In this document: positions 47,108 to 52,732 of the stretch, piece after piece
Position numbering within the stretch: position 1 is the stretch's first letter
Layout: each line of letters starts with the position of its first letter
Virus record (IMG/VR): IMGVR_UViG_3300017913_000199
Span: 1 to 52,732 of that record
Length of the DNA stretch: 52,732 nt
Strand: one strand, 5' to 3'
Origin: a virus
Lineage: Duplodnaviria; Caudoviricetes
Translations under genes and position numbers: made by a program
The notes under the pieces: model-generated
What the model saw: only the letters and a program-made list of their open reading frames with translations
Databases searched by the model: none
What the model was told of the DNA's origin: nothing

Positions 47108-47491
47108 CTATTTCTTTCCGAAGAATTTCGTTGCCGCTCGTGTTCCAAAGCTTGCAGCAACAATCGTGCCCAAGCTGTACTGGTACCATTGAGGCATTTG
47201 CTCCAATTGTTGAAATCCACGAGATACAAGTTCTTCCATTCCCGGTATGAAGGCTAATATTAAAGGTATACTAAATAAAATAGTCAGCCATTCGTCTTTC
47301 CATGAATGCTGACTCCCGCGAGCCATCTCCAAATCCCAATCGATTTCTCCGGTGGCTTTCTTTTGCATGACGATAGCTTCAGCTTCTGCCTTTGCTACCT
47401 TAGTCTTGGCTTGGGCTTTTTTCTCTTCGACCTTACCGTTTAACCAAGTTCCGGCTAGGTCTGCTATCGGGCCGACAAGTAGGTTTAGCAT
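47108..47491 (-). CDS. Putative holin
   Basis: SWKDEW followed by TM segments, upstream of the lysozyme. Confidence 0.65.
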   Translation of the reverse strand: MLNLLVGPIADLAGTWLNGKVEEKKAQAKTKVAKAEAEAIVMQKKATGEIDWDLEMARGSQHSWKDEWLTILFSIPLILAFIPGMEELVSRGFQQLEQMPQWYQYSLGTIVAASFGTRAATKFFGKK

Positions 47492-47772
47492 TTCCACCTC
47501 TTTCGTGCTTGACGCAACCGACTATTCGGGTTGGCTGCTGCTTTCGGAAACTTCTTCATCTGTCCAGCAGAACGTGCACAGAAAGACTTGCGACGCTTGG
47601 CATCTTTGCTCCCCGGCTTAACTTTCCCCGTAACAGCAGTCTTTAGTTTGCTGCCGGGGTTCTTTTTGCGATAGGCAGCAACCCCAGCCTTAGTCATTCC
47701 CGCACCAGACTTTGTGGGGCGGAAGTTCTTCTTGTTACGGGCTGGCATCTTGTCAGGCTTTCTTGGTGCCAC
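47485..47772 (-). CDS. Highly basic phage protein (DUF6321-like)
   Basis: RRKSFCAR...NSRLRQARKRWKC. Confidence 0.75.
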   Translation of the reverse strand: MAPRKPDKMPARNKKNFRPTKSGAGMTKAGVAAYRKKNPGSKLKTAVTGKVKPGSKDAKRRKSFCARSAGQMKKFPKAAANPNSRLRQARKRWKC

Positions 47773-48001
47773 TTTTCTTCCTTTTCTTACCTGATGCAGT
47801 GACAGACCACTTTACTTTGCGTGGACCTGTCTTTTTAGCTGCTTCTTTTTTAGTAATTCGGCTGGCGACTTTAGCTGGTCTACAAGCTGGATAGGGACGT
47901 TTCTTTTTCTCAGAACCAGACCGACCACATTTCTTGCCAGTCTTTACGTCTCGCCAGTCTTCCTTGAACCATTTGGTTAAGCCGCCTTTTGGTTTAGCCA
48001 T
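47753..48001 (-). CDS. Highly basic phage protein (DUF5872-like)
   Basis: GLTKWFKEDW...CGR...YPACRP. Confidence 0.75.
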   Translation of the reverse strand: MAKPKGGLTKWFKEDWRDVKTGKKCGRSGSEKKKRPYPACRPAKVASRITKKEAAKKTGPRKVKWSVTASGKKRKKSGTKKA

Positions 48002-48180
48002 TATGCGTAAGTCCCGCCACGCTTCTTGTACGTTTTTACCAACCAAGCGTTTGCGTATGCGCTAGGATACACATCAAACTTACGTTTAGCCTCTGCCTTT
48101 ACCTTTGCATAAAGTGCTTTATTTTTAGGTGTAGGACTTCCAGACTTTTTCTTTGGTGTAGTCTTTTTTCTAGGTGCCAT
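48001..48180 (-). CDS. 59-aa basic phage protein
   Basis: Manual translation ...KRKFDVYPSAYANAWLVKTYKKRGGTYA. Confidence 0.7.
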   Translation of the reverse strand: MAPRKKTTPKKKSGSPTPKNKALYAKVKAEAKRKFDVYPSAYANAWLVKTYKKRGGTYA

Positions 48181-48182
48181 GA

Positions 48183-48395
48183 CTACGCCTTTACTAATTT
48201 GTAGCCTTTTTTCTTGGCTGCAGCACGGATAGAAGCAAGAGTCATTGCTCCACCTTTTGCTGAACCTTTAGCTTTACCACCTTTTGCATAACCTTTAGAT
48301 TTCATAGCCATGCGTGTTTTACCGCCTTTAGCCATACCCTTTGACTTCATACGACCACCACGAGCCATACCCTTACTTTTCATCATCTTCTTCAT
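48183..48395 (-). CDS. Very basic small protein with (M/Y)AxGG repeats
   Basis: KSKGMARGG, KSKGMAKGG, KSKGYAKGG. Confidence 0.75.
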   Translation of the reverse strand: MKKMMKSKGMARGGRMKSKGMAKGGKTRMAMKSKGYAKGGKAKGSAKGGAMTLASIRAAAKKKGYKLVKA

Positions 48396-49059
48396 CGTCG
48401 CTCTCCGCATATAGATTATCAAATACCCGTGCTGTATCCTCTACATAGTTCGGGTCTTGTTTAGAATGGTGAACCCACTGACTAGGAGTGAAGTCCGGTG
48501 GGCCATCTCCCGTTACAAACCAAGCAGGGTTCGTTACCCTCACTCTGTTATTGGGCAGTGCAACTATGTTGCCTGTCCACTCACCAGCATCCAACAGTTC
48601 TAGCACGTGGCTTTGTTTGTGTTGGGCTGGGTCGTCTGCTACTTCAGTATCTGTGTAGTCGATTGTGAAGTAGTATTTTGCTGGAAAGAAGTTTCCATCT
48701 ATCTTAGCCAACCACGGGCTGGGGGTCGCTCTATTCAAAACAAACACCGAATGATGATGTGATTGGCAATCCCACGGTTGAGCCAGATACGTTGGCATTG
48801 GTGTAGGCCATTCTTCAAACGGAGTGTCACCTACAAGGGCTGTGAGGGGCATTCTTGCCCACATTGCTCCGCCGTGTATGTTTTCTTCTTCGTCACACCC
48901 TGTAAATAGAACCTGAAAAGACAGGGTTTTCATAGGTAGTGTTGTTACCGCTATGACCATTGCATGAAGAAACTCCCCATGATATCGGTCAAAATTAGTT
49001 GTGTATTCTCTTCTTACCCAAGCTTTAAAGTAAGGTATATTACTTGTGATGTAATTCAT
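48373..49059 (-). CDS. Conserved marine phage hypothetical protein
   Basis: 228-aa ORF with GGAG RBS after a promoter. Confidence 0.8.
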   Translation of the reverse strand: MNYITSNIPYFKAWVRREYTTNFDRYHGEFLHAMVIAVTTLPMKTLSFQVLFTGCDEEENIHGGAMWARMPLTALVGDTPFEEWPTPMPTYLAQPWDCQSHHHSVFVLNRATPSPWLAKIDGNFFPAKYYFTIDYTDTEVADDPAQHKQSHVLELLDAGEWTGNIVALPNNRVRVTNPAWFVTGDGPPDFTPSQWVHHSKQDPNYVEDTARVFDNLYAESDDEEDDEK

Positions 49060-49085
49060 GGTATATCTCCCGGCAGGTTTACACG

Positions 49086-49114
49086 CTTATATCACGTCGT
49101 TACCGGGGTGTCAA
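49086..49114 (-). promoter_or_regulatory. Sigma70-like promoter
   Basis: TTGACA-17bp-TATAAG. Confidence 0.7.
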
Positions 49115-49138
49115 GGGGGCAAGTTGCCCTGCCCCCCG
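49115..49138 (-). terminator. GC-rich hairpin after the capsid genes
   Basis: GGGGGCA/TGCCCCC stem with only a short T tail. Confidence 0.5.
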
Positions 49139-49146
49139 ACAGTTAT

Positions 49147-49563
49147 TTAGGCAAATGCAGCGTTAGCAGCGGCAGTTCCCATTGGAACCATCACGGCGAA
49201 TGCACGTACTTTACCATCAAAAGCTGCAGTGATAGCTTTCATGTCGATAGTATCAGCAGAAGCGTAGAACTTTGCTGCAGTACCGATTTCCTGCTCACCA
49301 GCAGTTGCGTCTGCGTCGAGGTCTGTAACCCAAGTGTCGGCGGCAGCACCGTCACCTACGTCCAGAGTACCAGCGTTACCGCTGGAAGTTTCCAGACGAA
49401 TACCTACAGCAAGAACAAGAGTGTTAGCAGGAATGCTGAACACGTCAATGTCTTCGTTCAGGGCAAGGTTAGTAGTGGAAAAATCCAATACTGCTTCTTG
49501 CACGTAGGCTTTTGGACCTGCAGAAACTGCTGCAGAGTTATCAGTAATTGCGTAAGTAGCCAT
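49147..49563 (-). CDS. Capsid decoration / minor capsid protein
   Basis: Ala-rich beta protein directly after the major capsid gene. Confidence 0.65.
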   Translation of the reverse strand: MATYAITDNSAAVSAGPKAYVQEAVLDFSTTNLALNEDIDVFSIPANTLVLAVGIRLETSSGNAGTLDVGDGAAADTWVTDLDADATAGEQEIGTAAKFYASADTIDMKAITAAFDGKVRAFAVMVPMGTAAANAAFA

Positions 49564-49578
49564 TCATCAATCTCCTTA

Positions 49579-50559
49579 TTAAGCAACAGTATCTACAACA
49601 CCGCGAACGAGTGCTTCTGGGCGAAGGACTTTACGTCCAAACACATGAAGACCACGAACGATGTCGGAGAAAGTTTCAGTTGACCGAACTACTTCGGTTT
49701 TTGCAATGTGAGATGCAGTTGCAACGGCTGACATGTGACCAGCCAAAACAACAGATTCACCTGCAGCATCAGTAACACCAGTGATGCTGATTGCATCTGT
49801 GCCACCTGCTACCAGAGCAGTTGACTTGTAGCAGTTAAAGCCAGCAATCTGACCCTGCATTACAAGACCGTTCCGCAGTGGTGAAGTACCGTCACCAGTT
49901 ACCTGTACTTCTGCAAACTTTGCACCTGCTGAAAACAGCTTTGCATAGAATGCAGGAGAAGCAACAAACCAACGATTTTCTTCTGGAACAGACTGCTCGT
50001 CAAGTTCTTTTGCCATTTCAAGCATCAGATTGACAGCATTGTCTGGAGCAGTGTGAACTGCAATTGGTGTAGCAGCAGTACCCAAAGCAGTGTTGGTTGA
50101 CAACAGACCACCAGTCAGTGATGCGTCGTCGGCACCAGCAAGACCAGCACCGTCAGCAATTGCTTGCAAGACGTTGAAGTCGTACTTCCGCTTCAAAGAG
50201 TATGCACCTGAAGAAGTAGCCAGTGCCTCAAAGTTTACATGAGACTGACGCTCTTCGATGTCATCGATCTTGAATGCGAAAGCGTTGGCTTGGTCAACAA
50301 CCATAGTTGTTTGGTCGTCAGCCAAGTCTTGTGGAGAAACCACTGAGCCACGTGAGTATGCGGATACAGTGATTGTTGGTTCTTTGATGATACGAACCGT
50401 ATCGCCAAAATTCTCAATTTCGCCAGCGTAGTCGGTATTTGTGATGTCTTCAGCAACCGAAGCGCGACGGAAAAACTTGAGAACTTTTTGGCTAAAGATT
50501 TCCGGTGTAAAGTTACCGGAAGGCAGGTTATTGTAACCTGAAGCCGAATTAAAAGCCAT
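49579..50559 (-). CDS. Major capsid protein
   Basis: FTPEIFS, NTDYAGEI..GDTVRI, VPEENRW, DIVRGLHVFGRKVLRPE. Confidence 0.92.
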   Translation of the reverse strand: MAFNSASGYNNLPSGNFTPEIFSQKVLKFFRRASVAEDITNTDYAGEIENFGDTVRIIKEPTITVSAYSRGSVVSPQDLADDQTTMVVDQANAFAFKIDDIEERQSHVNFEALATSSGAYSLKRKYDFNVLQAIADGAGLAGADDASLTGGLLSTNTALGTAATPIAVHTAPDNAVNLMLEMAKELDEQSVPEENRWFVASPAFYAKLFSAGAKFAEVQVTGDGTSPLRNGLVMQGQIAGFNCYKSTALVAGGTDAISITGVTDAAGESVVLAGHMSAVATASHIAKTEVVRSTETFSDIVRGLHVFGRKVLRPEALVRGVVDTVA

Positions 50560-50587
50560 TTGCTTTTCCTTCCTTCATTTTTGAGGT

Positions 50588-51472
50588 TTAAGATTGGTAG
50601 TCGATTCGCCCTTCAGCCCGTGCAGCGTCCAATTCAGCTTCGTGCTTTTCGAACTCCCACGGTTTCATCTTGGCGATTTGTGAAGCTTTCCAAATCTTTT
50701 TATCACCCGTTGCTTCAGACGAAATGTCCTTCGCTTTTGGCGATCTAACTGCAGTAGCTGCAGCTTCGTTAGATTTAGATTGTTTCTTTTTTGAGATACC
50801 TTGATCTGCTTTGTACAGGTCTAGGACTCGTGAGGCCCAACGAGCGTCGGTATTGTTTTTATAAATACCATCCGAAATACTTTCGGGCTGCTCTTGTAAC
50901 CAAGTTAGGAATTTCTCATCTGTTTTGATTTCGTCAAAATCTGGATGATTCCTTGTTAGTTCACGGTACGCAGCTTGAACCTGTGTTTCCTTTTCACGTT
51001 CCCGCAAAGTCTCTATTTCTTGTTCTAAAGTCTGAGATCTTTCTGAAGCTTTCATCGAAGCAATTGTTTCGACTACGCCGTATACATCAGGGTACTCTTC
51101 TTTGAACTTTTCTAGTTCTTCTGCGGTTTTAGGAAGAGAAATGTTTGACTGAGATGCTTGAGACATAGCGGATTCCAGTTCTTTTTCTCGTTCCTTGAAG
51201 CTTCGAACCTTATCGTCGTAGTGTTTTTTAAGATCATCATACCGTTTCTTATAGTCGTGGTCTGATGATGTTTCTTGTTTTGTTTCTACAAACGATTCGT
51301 TTGATTCTTGTTCTTCAGCCTCCTCTTGTTGGGCTTCTACTTCAGAGGTTTCTTGATCGTCTTCTTCGTACACTTCGTCTCTGTACTTACCACGATAAAG
51401 TGTTTCACTGTTGATTGTCCCAAAGGAATCATTAGGTTTGTTTGCGCGGTGACCGCGTACTTTTTTTGCCAT
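50588..51472 (-). CDS. Capsid scaffolding protein
   Basis: Acidic coiled coil (YKKRYDDLKKH, HPDF) upstream of the capsid gene; ends ARAEGRI. Confidence 0.85.
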   Translation of the reverse strand: MAKKVRGHRANKPNDSFGTINSETLYRGKYRDEVYEEDDQETSEVEAQQEEAEEQESNESFVETKQETSSDHDYKKRYDDLKKHYDDKVRSFKEREKELESAMSQASQSNISLPKTAEELEKFKEEYPDVYGVVETIASMKASERSQTLEQEIETLREREKETQVQAAYRELTRNHPDFDEIKTDEKFLTWLQEQPESISDGIYKNNTDARWASRVLDLYKADQGISKKKQSKSNEAAATAVRSPKAKDISSEATGDKKIWKASQIAKMKPWEFEKHEAELDAARAEGRIDYQS

Positions 51473-51489
51473 TTTATTTACCTCATGTT

Positions 51490-51553
51490 GCGGGGCTACA
51501 TGGCTGTAGGTAGCCGCTCCGGTTGTGCTGGGGCCGCGTTGCGGGTAGCCAGC
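51490..51553 (-). promoter_or_regulatory. Tandem RNA hairpins with identical internal loop in the scaffold leader
   Basis: GCUGG-CUAC-CCGC/GCGG-CC-CCAGC and GCGG-CUAC-CUACA/UGUAG-CC-CCGC. Confidence 0.65.
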
Positions 51554-51555
51554 GA

Positions 51556-52732
51556 TTATTTAAGAGCACGGAGCACTTTAGTGGCGTAGTTTGGACCTTC
51601 GCCATAAGATGCTAAAGCTTTTTGTAAGCTGTCGTGATCTTGTAACTTTTGCATTAATGTTATGTTTGCAATTGTATCGTAGTGTTTTTTGTGTAGATTT
51701 GGATCTATTTGTCCTGTACCATACCTACCATACAACTTTTTAATATCATCTGGGGTGGATACCTTTTTACCATCCCTATACATAGCTCTATATTTTTCTA
51801 TGTTTATTTTATCGTCGCCCTGTTGGATAAGAAGATCCATATACTGTTTTTCTTCATCACCTAACATATCGTAAAATTTGCTACGGGTTTTAATGTCTTT
51901 TAAAGTGCTTGCAGTTATTTGCATAGGACCAAACGCCGATGAGGCTGCTTTCTTACGTTTGATGCCTGTAAATATATAGGGGTTGTCTTCAAACCCTTTT
52001 ATTTCTACAGTTTGTATTGCAGATTTAATATCACCAAACCTACGACCAAAATACAAATCATCATCTATTGACGGGGGTGGTTGATCAAGAAACCCTGAAC
52101 CTTGCGAAGTGGGTGTGCCGGATATTTTGGGACTGTCTGGGCCAATTACCTGAGAAACAAACCCTCTATCTATCTCGGCTATACCCCCTTCGTTCAAACC
52201 AACGCCGCCGCCGTACTTAGCTTGTCTGCGCTGTACTTCAGGTTTACCTTTGTCGTTTAACTTATCTAGGAATCCCTTGCCCTTCATCTTTTCAATTTGG
52301 GCAACTACTTCAGGCTCTATGTGGCGTTCACCATCAGAAAGTGCAACATCTACCATAGGTGCATCTTTGGGTTTCTTTACTTTCTTTTCAGCTTTTGCTA
52401 CCAAGCTGTCAAGCATACCCTCGTATTTTTCGTTGGTAGGTTGGTTTACGATAAACGAACCTTCCTTCACGCTGGTAAATCTATTGTCTGCAATAGACTC
52501 TTGTTCGTTTACAGAGTCGGGGTCTTTGTTTACGAAGCCGTTGGTTACGTTGCCGCCGGGAGCATACTCTACACGTCCGCCTGAAGCATGGCCTAGTCCG
52601 CCATAGCCATCGCTTTGTGCTTCACTACCATCGGAAGCACCACCCCCTGTGTGACCGCCGCCACCGCCACTATTTGTTCCGGGATCTCTTCCAGTTTCCA
52701 TGCCTAGCCCAGTAGCAGATCCCATCCCCGGC
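51556..52732 (-). CDS. C-terminal part of the ~740-aa virion protein; lytic transglycosylase/lysozyme-like domain
   Basis: AIQTVE, SSAFGPMQIT, ALASYGEG.NY..KV motifs. Confidence 0.75.
   Translation of the reverse strand, partial: PGMGSATGLGMETGRDPGTNSGGGGGHTGGGASDGSEAQSDGYGGLGHASGGRVEYAPGGNVTNGFVNKDPDSVNEQESIADNRFTSVKEGSFIVNQPTNEKYEGMLDSLVAKAEKKVKKPKDAPMVDVALSDGERHIEPEVVAQIEKMKGKGFLDKLNDKGKPEVQRRQAKYGGGVGLNEGGIAEIDRGFVSQVIGPDSPKISGTPTSQGSGFLDQPPPSIDDDLYFGRRFGDIKSAIQTVEIKGFEDNPYIFTGIKRKKAASSAFGPMQITASTLKDIKTRSKFYDMLGDEEKQYMDLLIQQGDDKINIEKYRAMYRDGKKVSTPDDIKKLYGRYGTGQIDPNLHKKHYDTIANITLMQKLQDHDSLQKALASYGEGPNYATKVLRALK
52592..52732. repeat. Copy of bases 1-141
   Basis: Exact match. Confidence 0.95.

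Noticed and set aside
48964-49683. 239-aa plus-strand ORF and other antisense ORFs over structural genes
   Set aside because: These are shadow frames of well-supported minus-strand genes

Overview
Complete, circularly assembled ~52.6 kb genome of a marine podovirus. Bases 1-141 recur at 52592-52732, so the unique length is 52,591 bp. The family A DNA polymerase carries a DnaJ-type CXXCXGXG x2 insertion, the hallmark of HMO-2011-type phages, so the host is probably an alphaproteobacterium (inference). There are three modules: small early genes on the minus strand (9.9-15.9 kb); replication and nucleotide genes on the plus strand (16.0-26.35 kb: primase, helicase, HNH, split exonuclease and polymerase, SSB, PD-(D/E)XK nuclease, endonuclease I, DUF3310, class II RNR); and packaging, head, lysis, tail and internal-virion genes on the minus strand (9.1 kb to 1, wrapping to 26.35 kb). 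I saw no RNA polymerase, tRNA or CRISPR array; several sigma70-like promoters are present. The most notable unexplained signals are: (1) the octamer AAACCGAC/GTCGGTTT, found about 31 times by eye; (2) a promoter- and terminator-bounded ~90 nt RNA carrying that motif inside a 22-bp direct repeat; (3) a 672-aa tyrosine-recombinase-like protein between terL and portal; (4) unrelated small proteins sharing an RG[RH]xA / RxAxxSxE peptide that resembles the scaffold N-terminus; (5) structured RNA leaders and a TGACAA repeat cluster. All calls come from motif recognition by eye, with no database searches.
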